Source of the DNA: Bacillota bacterium
GTDB lineage: Bacteria > Bacillota > Clostridia > Christensenellales > QALW01
Direction: 5' to 3'
Length of the DNA stretch: 52,334 bases
Assembly: GCA_029007865.1 (NCBI GenBank)
Contig: JAQXIQ010000078.1
Location: forward strand, 1 to 52,334
Positions 1 to 8,945 of this stretch are shown here, piece after piece. The position numbers and the translations under genes are program-made. Numbering within the stretch: the stretch's first letter is position 1; every line of letters starts with the position of its first letter. Below the pieces are notes generated by a model that saw only the letters and a list, made by a program, of their open reading frames with translations, was not told the DNA's origin and made no database searches.

Positions 1-1470
1 CGCCGTGTCCGCGAGGCCGGAGTGTACAGCGAGGTCATCCCCTGCACCGAGCCGGTGGAAAAATACAACACCCCTGATCTTAAAGGCATAATCCTCACCG
101 GCGGCCCCAACAGCGTAGATGCCGAAGACTCCCTCAGATGCTCCCCCGAAGTCTTTAACCTGGGCGTCCCGATACTGGGAATATGCTACGGTATGCAGCT
201 TATGGCATACATGCTGGGCGGCTCCGTAAGCGCCGCGCAGGTGCCCGAATTCGGCTTCACTCCCATGACCGCCGCCGCTCACCCGCTCTTTGAGGGGCTG
301 GAGGGTGAAAACATCACCTGGATGAACCACCACGATATGGTCTCCTCTCTTCCCGAGGGCTTTGTTTCCATAGGCGTCACCGCGCACTGTCCCAACGCCG
401 CCATGGCCAACGATGCGGCCGGGCTTTACGGCTTCCAGTTTCACCCCGAGGTCAACCACACCAAAAACGGCTATCAGATGCTGCGCAACTTTATTTTCAA
501 TATCTGCCGCTGTGAGGGCGGCTGGAGCGCGGAAAACCTGGCTCAGGAGCTGATAGAGGGAATACGCGCTCAGGTGGGCAGCGGCCGGGTCGTAAGCGGT
601 CTTTCCGGCGGAGTGGATTCCTCCGTCGCCAGCGTGCTGGTGCACATGGCGGTCGGAGAGCGCCTCACCTGCATTTTTGTGGACCACGGCCTGCTGCGCA
701 AAAACGAGGCTCAGGAGGTCATGGACTTTTACGGCAAAAAGCTGGGGCTCAACATCATAATGGTGGATGCCAGAGAGCGTTTTCTGGACAAGCTCAAGGG
801 CGTTACCGACCCGGAGCGCAAGCGCAAGATAATCGGCGAGGAGTTCATCCGGGTTTTTGAGGAGGAATCCTCCAAAATAGGCGCCGACTATCTGGTACAG
901 GGCACCATATACCCCGATGTAATAGAAAGCGGCTTCGGCAAAGCCGCCGTTATAAAGAGCCACCACAATGTCGGCGGTCTGCCCAAGGATGTGCGCTTCA
1001 AGGGGCTGGTGGAGCCTCTCAGGCTGCTCTTTAAGGACGAGGTGCGCAAGCTGGGCGAAAGCCTGGGCATAGCCCATGAGCTCGTCTGGCGTCAGCCCTT
1101 CCCCGGCCCCGGCCTTGCCATACGCATCATGGGCGAAATAACTCAGGACCGTCTCCGCATAGTTCAGGACAGCGACTATATCCTGCGCCAGGAGATAGCC
1201 CGGGCCGGCCTTGACCAGTCCGTGTGGCAGTACTTTACCGTTTTCACCGGTGTCCGCTCGGTGGGCGTTATGGGCGACGAGCGCACCTACGACTACTGCA
1301 TAGCCATTCGCGCCGTCACCAGCAAGGACGCCATGACCGTGGAGTTCGCCGAGCTCCCCTACGAGCTTCTGCGCACAATCTCCGGCCGCATCATAAGCGA
1401 GGTCCCCGGCGTCAACCGCGTAGTATACGACATCACCAGCAAGCCCCCGGGCACCATCGAGTGGGAATAA
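1..1470 (+). CDS. guaA: GMP synthase (glutamine-hydrolysing), 5' end cut by the window edge
   Basis: The frame is open from nt 1 ([14 protein letters not shown]...). A class-I GATase segment ([10 protein letters not shown]) is followed by the ATP-PPase P-loop SGGVDSS and the C-terminal KPPGTIEWE dimerisation tail. Confidence 0.95.
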   Translation, partial: RRVREAGVYSEVIPCTEPVEKYNTPDLKGIILTGGPNSVDAEDSLRCSPEVFNLGVPILGICYGMQLMAYMLGGSVSAAQVPEFGFTPMTAAAHPLFEGLEGENITWMNHHDMVSSLPEGFVSIGVTAHCPNAAMANDAAGLYGFQFHPEVNHTKNGYQMLRNFIFNICRCEGGWSAENLAQELIEGIRAQVGSGRVVSGLSGGVDSSVASVLVHMAVGERLTCIFVDHGLLRKNEAQEVMDFYGKKLGLNIIMVDARERFLDKLKGVTDPERKRKIIGEEFIRVFEEESSKIGADYLVQGTIYPDVIESGFGKAAVIKSHHNVGGLPKDVRFKGLVEPLRLLFKDEVRKLGESLGIAHELVWRQPFPGPGLAIRIMGEITQDRLRIVQDSDYILRQEIARAGLDQSVWQYFTVFTGVRSVGVMGDERTYDYCIAIRAVTSKDAMTVEFAELPYELLRTISGRIISEVPGVNRVVYDITSKPPGTIEWE

Positions 1471-1489
1471 TACAAACTGGCTTATAAGT

Positions 1490-1536
1490 GCCCGGAAGCC
1501 CTTGTAAACAAAGGCCTTTCGGGCGTTTTATGTTTT
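1490..1536 (+). terminator. Intrinsic terminator after guaA
   Basis: GCCCGGAAG (1490-1498) pairs with CTTTCGGGC (1516-1524), followed by GTTTTATGTTTT. Confidence 0.6.
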
Positions 1537-1704
1537 GACGAAACCCATGCCGCAACATTTTTCAACAGGTGATGCTAAGATTTCTATAAGAAATAGTTGC
1601 GAGCGGCTACTACAACACTTAATGGCAAGATCTGTGGTTATAAATGGATAGCGCTGCCTGGGTGGTTACTAAAGAGGAAAATGGGTTCTTAATGCGCAAG
1701 AAGG

Positions 1705-2226
1705 ATGAGAAAGATGAATAAAAATGACATATTTCTAAACAAAATAATTGAAATAAAAAAGGCATTGAGTGCCGAACTGTACAACTGTGCTTTGGCGTTA
1801 TCTTTGACTTTGCCCGATGTGTGCGGAAAAATTGAGTTTCCAAACGAAGCATTGCCAGGAAATAGATATAAAAAATGGTTTTCCTCATATGCAACCACTT
1901 ATTTCACAACAAAAGCAACTAGTCTTCCATCGGAAGAAATTGTTGAATATGCATGGCTATCTGCGGAAGAATGTTGGGCACTACGCTGTGCTTTTTTACA
2001 TGCAGGCAATTTTGATGTTGATCATGTATCTCTTGCTAATATTCGCATTCACGCCCACAAAAGAGATGGCGAAAACTATAGCCATATGGTACGAGACTCG
2101 AAATACGTGGACTGGGATGTGATAAAACTGTGCAAAAACCTTTGTTCTGCTGCCGAACAGTATTACCATAGCGTTGAGGATAAAACGCCCTTTATTCTTG
2201 ATGAAGTGGGAATTGAAACATGGTGA
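1705..2226 (+). CDS. Hypothetical protein, possible HEPN-like fold (R-x4-H motif)
   Basis: This is the only long ORF in a ~1 kb AT-rich islet. A purine-rich RBS (AAGAAGGA) precedes the ATGs at 1705 and 1714. The motif ALRCAFLHAG fits R-x4-H. I recognise no named family. Confidence 0.5.
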   Translation: MRKMNKNDIFLNKIIEIKKALSAELYNCALALSLTLPDVCGKIEFPNEALPGNRYKKWFSSYATTYFTTKATSLPSEEIVEYAWLSAEECWALRCAFLHAGNFDVDHVSLANIRIHAHKRDGENYSHMVRDSKYVDWDVIKLCKNLCSAAEQYYHSVEDKTPFILDEVGIETW

Positions 2227-2416
2227 TGCCCACACAACCACTCGACACTGTCCCGTCAGCCGTTTTGAAACTTTTTCCAACGAATTTTTTGTTGAATGAT
2301 ATAATGAGCAGAGTAATTTCTCGCCCGCGAAAAAGCCCGTAAATAAAGGCTTTTCGCCGTGTTTGTGCCCTCTGTGGCAACAAAATGGCAACATTATTTG
2401 AATTATTGTAAAAGTA

Positions 2417-2457
2417 AAGAGCTAACTGTTTTTTGATAATGCAGTCAGCTCTTTTTT
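2417..2457. terminator. Bidirectional stem-loop between convergent genes
   Basis: AAGAGCTaACTG ... CAGTcAGCTCTT, flanked by an A-rich stretch on the left and TTTTT on the right. Confidence 0.55.
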
Positions 2458-2496
2458 GTCTGGCATTCTTTTTTAATATCACGGTTTGGGCTGCGT

Positions 2497-3408
2497 TTAT
2501 TGCTCCTTATGCCGGAGCAGATACTGCTCAATATAGTCCCAGGTGACCCCGTCGTATTTGTCGTTAAAAGCATAATTTTCCCTGTTAAAGCCGTGGTTTG
2601 CCCCGCTTATAAGCTCCAGCCTGCAGGAGGAATACAGCTCCGCGGCTTTCTCGCTGTAAGAGCTGGGCACCATTATGTCGGAAGTGCCGTGAAGAATAAG
2701 GACATCCCCGGAAAAGCTCCCGATATGGTCAAAAACATTATGCTCCTCCAGCTGCTTTTTGTATTCCGGGTCAACACCGATCGGGAATTTGCTCATCAGT
2801 TCCGGAATGTTGAACGCCGGATAGAGCAAAATCAGGCCCGATACGGCGGCGTCCTTTTCGTCGGCAACAACGGCGGATACCAGCCCTCCCTGGGATGTAC
2901 CAAAGAGATATATATCGCTCGCATAGCTCTGCCCGGCAAAATAATCAACCAGAAAGCGCAGCGTATCCATCTGGGTAAAAATAGTGCTGTTTTCAACGGC
3001 ATCGCTTCTTGAGCTGCCGCTGCCCGGAAAATCAAATGTATAGACCAGATACCCAAGAGCGGCGCTTCTTTGGGCATAGGAATTGAGCGTATCGGAATTG
3101 ACATTTGCCGAATGCGACATGATGATAAACGGATATGTATTTGTCCGGTCAAATTCGCCCAGGCTGTATAAATTGCCGTAAATCCCGTTCTCCCCCTGCA
3201 CCAGCCGCATTTCCCGTTTAATAACGGCCTCTTCACCTGTCGCTTGCGCTGTAGCTTCCCACGTTGCTTGTGCCGTTGCTTCCCCCGTCGCTTGCGCCGT
3301 TGCTTCCCCTGTTGCTTCCCCTGTCCCCTCCGACGGCTCCTGCGGCGCAGAGCAGCCGGCAAACAGCATCAAAACCGGTAACAAAAAGCATAAAAAGATG
3401 CGTTTCAT
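2497..3408 (-). CDS. Lipoprotein alpha/beta-fold hydrolase with an N-terminal GEATAQAT repeat linker
   Basis: RBS GGGAGG lies 4 nt before the ATG at 3408. The signal peptide carries a lipobox (LMLFAGC). The nucleophile elbow is GTSQGG, and the C-terminal HG..D / ANHGF motifs are typical of dienelactone-hydrolase/esterase-like proteins. Confidence 0.8.
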   Translation of the reverse strand: MKRIFLCFLLPVLMLFAGCSAPQEPSEGTGEATGEATAQATGEATAQATWEATAQATGEEAVIKREMRLVQGENGIYGNLYSLGEFDRTNTYPFIIMSHSANVNSDTLNSYAQRSAALGYLVYTFDFPGSGSSRSDAVENSTIFTQMDTLRFLVDYFAGQSYASDIYLFGTSQGGLVSAVVADEKDAAVSGLILLYPAFNIPELMSKFPIGVDPEYKKQLEEHNVFDHIGSFSGDVLILHGTSDIMVPSSYSEKAAELYSSCRLELISGANHGFNRENYAFNDKYDGVTWDYIEQYLLRHKEQ

Positions 3409-3634
3409 AGACCCTCCCGTAATCTTGAGCATACTATAAAAATTATAATCCTTTTGCGGAAAAAATCAACGGTTTTAATCCGCATATCATCCGCCGTTTT
3501 TGCGTTTCCGCATTCCTTGCCGCAAAAGCTTCATCAAATAAAAGCAAAAGCTTCATCAAATAAAACCGGAATTGCCGCCTGTTTACCCGGCGGAGAAAAA
3601 AGCTAATATATTGAAGTTTTATCACCAATAATCC

Positions 3635-3663
3635 TTGAAATGTTTTGTCAAATAATATATAAT
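3635..3663 (+). promoter_or_regulatory. Sigma-A type promoter for the guaA paralog
   Basis: TTGAAA (3635-3640), a 17 nt spacer, then TATAAT (3658-3663), about 50 nt upstream of the ATG at 3715. Confidence 0.6.
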
Positions 3664-3714
3664 GGTTTTATCGGTAAATACGATTCCGAAACAAACTAAC
3701 GGAGGAATTTAATT

Positions 3715-4695
3715 ATGCAAAGCAATGTACGCCCGGAGAATATGGAACGCATCAGCACAAAGGCCCTCGCAGAGGCTTTTATCGCACAGCAGATAGCGGA
3801 TATACGCCGTCAGGTAGGAGACAAAAAGGTGCTTCTTGCCCTTTCAGGCGGTGTGGACTCATCGGTTGTGGCCGCCCTTCTGATTAAGGCTGTGGGCAAG
3901 CAGCTGGTATGCGTCCATGTCAACCACGGACTTATGAGAAAAGGCGAAAGCGAGCAGGTAATCGAGGTATTCCGCAATCAGCTTGACGCCAACCTGATCT
4001 ATATCGACGCCACCGACCGCTTCCTTGACCTGCTGGAAGGCGTTTCCGACCCCGAAGCCAAGAGAAAGATCATAGGCGGAGAATTCATAAAGGTATTTGA
4101 TGAGGAGGCGCGCAAGCTGGAGGGCATTTCCTTCCTGGCTCAGGGCACCATCTACCCCGATATCCTGGAGAGCCACGGAGTAAAGGCGCACCACAACGTC
4201 GGCGGGCTTCCCGAGGATATGCACTTTGAGCTGGTGGAGCCCATAAAGCTGCTCTTTAAGGACGAGGTCCGCGTGGTGGGCTCCGCGCTGGGTCTGCCCG
4301 ATTCCATGGTTTACCGTCAGCCCTTCCCCGGCCCCGGCCTGGGCGTCCGCTGCACCGGAGCCATCACCCGCGACAGGCTGCATACCCTGCGGGAATCCGA
4401 CGCCATACTGCGCGAGGAATTCGACAGGGCAGGGCTTACCGACAAGGTATGGCAGTTCTTCACCGTCGTGCCCGATTTCCGCTCCACCGGCGTAAGAAAC
4501 GGCAAGCGCACCTTTGACTGGCCCGTTATCATCCGTGCCGTAAACACCGTTGACGCCATGACGGCCACAGTGCCGGAAATCGAATGGCCGGTGCTCAAAA
4601 GGATCACGGACAGGATTCTGGCCGAGGTTCCCGGAGCGGGCAGAGTTCTTTACGACCTGAGCCCCAAGGCGCCCGCCACAATAGAATGGGAATAA
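3715..4695 (+). CDS. GMP synthase ATP-pyrophosphatase/dimerisation domains only (no GATase domain)
   Basis: RBS GGAGG sits before the ATG. The 326 aa protein aligns by eye along its whole length with residues ~170-482 of the guaA product at 1-1470 ([38 protein letters not shown]). It begins directly at the PPase domain. Confidence 0.85.
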   Translation: MQSNVRPENMERISTKALAEAFIAQQIADIRRQVGDKKVLLALSGGVDSSVVAALLIKAVGKQLVCVHVNHGLMRKGESEQVIEVFRNQLDANLIYIDATDRFLDLLEGVSDPEAKRKIIGGEFIKVFDEEARKLEGISFLAQGTIYPDILESHGVKAHHNVGGLPEDMHFELVEPIKLLFKDEVRVVGSALGLPDSMVYRQPFPGPGLGVRCTGAITRDRLHTLRESDAILREEFDRAGLTDKVWQFFTVVPDFRSTGVRNGKRTFDWPVIIRAVNTVDAMTATVPEIEWPVLKRITDRILAEVPGAGRVLYDLSPKAPATIEWE

Positions 4696-4827
4696 TCATA
4701 TCTTCCGCGGCAGCGCCGTAATGCGCTGCCGCGGCGCAAAATAAGGCTTTTTCGCAGAGCGTACGGATAATAATCAGCGATTGTAAAAGCCCGCGCGCTT
4801 CAAAGAAAACCCCGCCGCGCGGTTCCC

Positions 4828-4852
4828 GATTGCAAAACGCAGTTTTACAATC
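4828..4852. promoter_or_regulatory. 25-bp near-perfect palindrome (candidate operator)
   Basis: GATTGCAAAAC-gca-GTTTTACAATC lies immediately upstream of the RBS of the 4883 gene. A third half-site, GATTGTAAAAG, is at 4779-4789. Confidence 0.4.
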
Positions 4853-4882
4853 GGCTATACATTATAAAGGAGGATGTCTTTC

Positions 4883-6187
4883 GTGAAAAAGAAAATATGG
4901 ATACCGATAATTATTACAGTTGTCCTGCTTGCCGTCCTCTTTGTCCCCATCCCCACCGGAATATACGATGACGGCGGCACAAGGGAGTATACCGCGCTGA
5001 CTTATAAGATTGTGGACTGGAACAGGCTTACCTTTGACGGCAAGTTTGACGAAACAAAAGTCTACTTCTTCCCCGACAACTTTAAGTCCGTCAGCGAGCT
5101 CTGGACGCAGGAAGAGCATAAGGCGGAACACAAATTAAACGCCGCCATTGTGGAATTGAGCGACACCGCCGCCGTGGTTGAGCCCCTGGAGAGCGAGCCC
5201 GAGCTCAGCAGCAGCGACAGGATCACCTTCAGCCTCAGCGGACTTGATGACATCGGCGCCAAAGTGGGCAGCATTGTGGAGATCACTTATACCGGTGGCA
5301 TTATGGAGTCCTATCCCGCACAGATCACGGCGGCACGCTGGAAGCTGATCGACAACCTCCGCAATACGGAATTCACCGGCCAGTGGCTGGATAAGTCCAC
5401 GGCAACAAAGTGCGAAGACGGCATTTTCCACAATATTATCATCACAAGGATCTATGCCGACTGCTTCTTTGCCAAGCCCTCCGTTTCCGCACCTTACAGA
5501 TATAAGTTCAACGGCACGCTCTCCGATGAGTGGTGCGTTGGGGATTGCATAGACTGCACATACGAAAACTCTTACGCCGACGTTGAAGCCAAGCGCACGG
5601 AGGCCGATATGCTCTCCGTCAGCGAAGGCACGGAATACGCCGTGGCTGATAAGCCGGTTATCTATCTCTATCCCGAGGAGGAAACCCGGGTTTCTGTAAG
5701 GCTTACCCCGGACGGCAGACTGACCTGCACCTATCCGGCTTACAACGACGGCTGGACGGTAACGGCGTCGCCCGACGGAACGCTCACCGACGCAGAGGGC
5801 CGCACCTATAACTACCTCTATTGGGAAGCGGAAACCCATGCCCGCTTCGACCTGTCCAAGGGCTTCTGCGTTAAAGGGCAGGATACCGCCGCATTCCTGG
5901 AGGACGCCCTTGAAAAGCTCGAGCTGACCCGGAGAGAAGCCAACGAATTTATCGTTTACTGGCTGCCGCAAATGCAGGATAATCCCTACAACATCATTTC
6001 GTTCCAGACCGATGCCTACACAAACACGGCCCCGCTTGAGATAACCCCCGCCCCGGATACGCTGATCCGCGTATTTATGGCCTGGCAGGCCTCCGATACC
6101 CCGACTGTACCGGAAGCCCAGGAGCTCTCCGCTCCCGAGCGCACAGGCTTCACCGTTATCGAATGGGGCGGAACCCGGATCAGGTAA
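4883..6187 (+). CDS. Membrane-anchored exported protein of unknown function
   Basis: RBS AAGGAGG (4867-4873) lies 9 nt before the GTG at 4883; the ATG at 4874 abuts the RBS. The protein has one N-terminal TM helix (IWIPIIITVVLLAVLFV) and GC-typical coding composition. I recognise no family. Confidence 0.7.
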   Translation: MKKKIWIPIIITVVLLAVLFVPIPTGIYDDGGTREYTALTYKIVDWNRLTFDGKFDETKVYFFPDNFKSVSELWTQEEHKAEHKLNAAIVELSDTAAVVEPLESEPELSSSDRITFSLSGLDDIGAKVGSIVEITYTGGIMESYPAQITAARWKLIDNLRNTEFTGQWLDKSTATKCEDGIFHNIIITRIYADCFFAKPSVSAPYRYKFNGTLSDEWCVGDCIDCTYENSYADVEAKRTEADMLSVSEGTEYAVADKPVIYLYPEEETRVSVRLTPDGRLTCTYPAYNDGWTVTASPDGTLTDAEGRTYNYLYWEAETHARFDLSKGFCVKGQDTAAFLEDALEKLELTRREANEFIVYWLPQMQDNPYNIISFQTDAYTNTAPLEITPAPDTLIRVFMAWQASDTPTVPEAQELSAPERTGFTVIEWGGTRIR

Positions 6188-6380
6188 GCCGGAGCGCGGA
6201 ACCCGAAAAGCCTTGCTCATGCTTTGACGCCGGCACTCTTGTCCGGCGGCGGCAAAACGGCAAAAAATAGCATGTACGCTCTGCGGATAATACAAATAAT
6301 GCAGCCGCACCGGAAGCTCTGCAAACAAATATGTTTATCGGTCTGCCGGAGCGCACCTGCATAATTCCGACCCGTTTACA

Positions 6381-6426
6381 AACACCCGAAGGCCCTGACA
6401 ATACCGGACTTTCGGGTGTTGTCTTT
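6381..6426 (+). terminator. Stem-loop terminator candidate
   Basis: AACACCCGAA (6381-6390) pairs with TTCGGGTGTT (6411-6420), followed by GTCTTT. The loop is long (20 nt). Confidence 0.4.
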
Positions 6427-6602
6427 AAAAACACCGGCTCCTTTATGTCATTGCCGCGCCCGCACCGCACACCCCGCACCGATGCCGCCCCGCGCTTTGC
6501 CGCCGCAATGTGCGCAGTATTTTTATTAAATCCCGTAAGGTTTTTGATTATTTCCCGTCTTATAAAGTGAATGAATCCCTAAGCGCCGATAGGAGGTACC
6601 GC

Positions 6603-7160
6603 GTGGACGATAATCAGATCATTGAGCTGTTCTGGCACAGAAGCGCAGACGCTATACCCGAAGCCGCAGATAAATACGGCGCTTACTGCTTCGCGATAGC
6701 CCGGAACATCCTGCACGATACCGAAGATGCCAATGAGTGCGTCAACGATACCTGGCTCCGTGCCTGGAATGCGATTCCGCCGCAAAGGCCCTATGCGCTG
6801 CGGCTGTTTCTTGCCAGAATAACCCGCAACCTTTCTTTTGACCGCTTTAACGCACGGAATGCCGGAAAGCGCGGCGGAGGCGAGATACCGCTCGTTCTGG
6901 ACGAGCTTGCGGAATGTCTTGACAACGGAACGGACGCAGAGGCCGCGTACGAGGCCCGGGAACTGCGGCAATGCCTCCGGCGGTTTGTTCGCTCGCTTCC
7001 GGAGCGGGACGGTAACGTACTGGTGCGGCGGTATTTTTTCGCAGATTCCGTGCCGGATATCGCAAAGCGGTACGGTCTGACACAAAACAATGTTATGGTT
7101 ATCCTCAGCCGTACGCGCAGAAAACTGAAAGCCGAGCTTTTGAAGGAGGGCTATCTGTGA
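6603..7160 (+). CDS. ECF-type RNA polymerase sigma-70 family factor
   Basis: RBS AGGAGG (6591-6596) precedes the GTG at 6603. Region 2 reads EDANECVNDTWLRAW and region 4 has an HTH (SVPDIAKRYGLTQNNVMVILSRTRRKLK). Confidence 0.85.
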   Translation: MDDNQIIELFWHRSADAIPEAADKYGAYCFAIARNILHDTEDANECVNDTWLRAWNAIPPQRPYALRLFLARITRNLSFDRFNARNAGKRGGGEIPLVLDELAECLDNGTDAEAAYEARELRQCLRRFVRSLPERDGNVLVRRYFFADSVPDIAKRYGLTQNNVMVILSRTRRKLKAELLKEGYL

Positions 7161-8584
7161 AGGCAAACGATTTATTTATTGCATTTGACGAACTGGATGA
7201 CGATATTTTGCAGCGAAGCGAAGCCCCCGTCCCCCGCAGAAAAACACCGATTTTCCGCAAGTGGGTGGCTTTCGCCGCCTGCATTATCCTTGCGGCAAGC
7301 CTAGCAGGCGTCACTTTTGCCGCAGAGGCCAGGGAATACAGCGATGCTGTAGAGTTTTTCCGGGAAAACGGGCTGTCAACAGACGGGCTCAGCCGGTCAG
7401 ATATCAAGGCGGTCTATCGGGACATTACCACCAAGCGCTTTACCTACGGCAAAACAGCCGAAGTCATTGTGCGGGCAGTACCCGGGCTGGAGATTTATCA
7501 GCCCGAAATTTCCCCCGAGGAGCTGGCGGCGCTGTGGGAAAAAGCCGTCCGCAGCCTGCATCCCGGAGACGGAATCAGCTACCGCACGCACACTCAGGAA
7601 AAGCTGGACGAGGCTCTGGGTTATTATGTGCACGACAAGAGCATACTGGAATGCTATCATGACAGCGAGCTGCTCTGGGCCGCGGAGTTTTCCGATTTTG
7701 TTGTGGAAAACAGCATATTCTTCTCCGGGACAACGGCAGTATGGGGGCACAGGAGCACATTGTCCGGCGAAAAATCCACGCATTCCTATGTGGCACGGGT
7801 GGATGAAAGCGGCAGCATCCTGTGGCAGCGTCAGCTTCAGCACGGTTTCCGGCACGAATATATCAGGCAGATACTGGACAACAGGGACGGTACATGGGCG
7901 GTTATCAGTCTGGGCGACTATGAATATTTATGCCTGAGCCTGTATGACAGCAACGGGAATGAGCTTAGCTTCCGGCAGACCGAGATCGGCAATCTGGACA
8001 TCCGTGGCGCCGTCCGCCTGGGCGAAGGCTATCTGGTGCAGCTTTGGAACGGTTCGGACGGCGAAACGGCCCGGCTTGTCAGACTGGACCGCGAAGGGAA
8101 CCTGCTGGATACCTTTACCTATGAGGCGGAGGATTGCATCTACACAATAAACTGTATGCTGGAGTTTGAGGGTCGGGTGTACCTGTCCGCATACGCAGTA
8201 CCCAAGCAATACGACAAAGGAGGACGGCACGAAATAGCCGATATTCTGAAATATATGGATGAAAAGAACCCGGAAATCTCCGATGAGGAGCTGACCGCTT
8301 TGCTGCGGGACAACTACACCGCGGTGCTGTTGGTGTGCGACCGCGAGAGCGGTGTGCCGGAAAAATTCTATTCAGTATACGGCTCCCTGGGCGGAGCGCT
8401 GAGCGTTAATGACGCAGGGGAACTGGCGTGGGATGTCGAAAACATAGTAAGCGCCTCCTCTTCCCCGCTTACCAGTGCATTCTCCATCCGAGGCACCTGC
8501 CGGGTGCTCCGCTGCACCTTTGACGGCTCGGGAAACCTGCTAAGCAAGGAGGACACCGGAGAAATCGCGCCGTATTTCAGATAG
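7157..8584 (+). CDS. Sigma-associated single-pass membrane protein (putative anti-sigma/sensor)
   Basis: Its GTG overlaps the sigma gene stop (GTGA). A short acidic N-terminus (FDELDDDILQ) is followed by one TM helix (WVAFAACIILAASLAGV) and a ~400 aa extracytoplasmic domain. Confidence 0.65.
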   Translation: MKANDLFIAFDELDDDILQRSEAPVPRRKTPIFRKWVAFAACIILAASLAGVTFAAEAREYSDAVEFFRENGLSTDGLSRSDIKAVYRDITTKRFTYGKTAEVIVRAVPGLEIYQPEISPEELAALWEKAVRSLHPGDGISYRTHTQEKLDEALGYYVHDKSILECYHDSELLWAAEFSDFVVENSIFFSGTTAVWGHRSTLSGEKSTHSYVARVDESGSILWQRQLQHGFRHEYIRQILDNRDGTWAVISLGDYEYLCLSLYDSNGNELSFRQTEIGNLDIRGAVRLGEGYLVQLWNGSDGETARLVRLDREGNLLDTFTYEAEDCIYTINCMLEFEGRVYLSAYAVPKQYDKGGRHEIADILKYMDEKNPEISDEELTALLRDNYTAVLLVCDRESGVPEKFYSVYGSLGGALSVNDAGELAWDVENIVSASSSPLTSAFSIRGTCRVLRCTFDGSGNLLSKEDTGEIAPYFR

Positions 8585-8671
8585 ATTAAATAAGGCGCGC
8601 GTCTCAAGCCCGTCAGAGGCTGCGCACGGCCTTTGCGCTCGCAGGCGATAGTTTGAATTTATAATAAAAAA

Positions 8672-8712
8672 GCCGCTGCCGGGCTGAAAACCCGGTTAAC
8701 GGCTTTTATTGT
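8672..8712. terminator. Bidirectional intrinsic terminator (copy 1), serving the 7157-8584 gene
   Basis: AAAAAA-GCCGCTGCCGGG-ctgaaaa-CCCGGTTAACGGC-TTTTATT. Confidence 0.7.
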
Positions 8713-8736
8713 TTGTATTGCCCGTTGATTTGTTTA

Positions 8737-8836
8737 AGTCCCGGCAGTCCCGGCGGCCTCGGAGCAGTCCCCTGCCGGCTCCGCATCGCTTGGCGTCACC
8801 GTCTTTTTACCCTTGAGGGAGGTAATCGCCACCACC
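8737..8836 (-). pseudogene. Orphan 3' fragment of the LPG-synthase-TM family gene
   Basis: The reverse strand reads VVAITSLKGKKTVTPSDAEPAGDCSEAAGTAGT*. This equals the C-terminus of the intact gene plus one extra AGT triplet. There is no upstream coding continuation. Confidence 0.7.
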
Positions 8837-8883
8837 GGTAGCCCCGGTATGCCAGTCCGGGCGGGTTGAGCTTATAACAAAAA

Positions 8884-8924
8884 GCCGCTGCCGGGCTGAA
8901 AACCCGGTTAACGGCTTTTATTGT
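8884..8924. terminator. Bidirectional intrinsic terminator (copy 2), serving the 8946-10055 gene
   Basis: Same hairpin as copy 1. The A-run on the plus strand gives a T-run on the minus strand. Confidence 0.7.
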
Positions 8925-8945
8925 TTGTATTGCCCGTTGATTTGT

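Noticed and set aside
3433-3714. Possible purine/guanine riboswitch upstream of the second GMP-synthase gene
   Set aside because: I looked for the conserved three-way junction signature (UAUAAUCGCGUGGAUAUGGCACGCAAGUUUCUACCGGGCACCGUAAAUGUCCGACUAUG-like) and found nothing comparable. Only a promoter and a 22-bp x2 repeat are present.
6540-6565. ECF-type autoregulatory promoter (CGTCT -10-like motif at 6556-6560) upstream of the sigma gene
   Set aside because: There is no convincing GAAC-type -35 element at the right spacing. A single pentamer match is not enough evidence.
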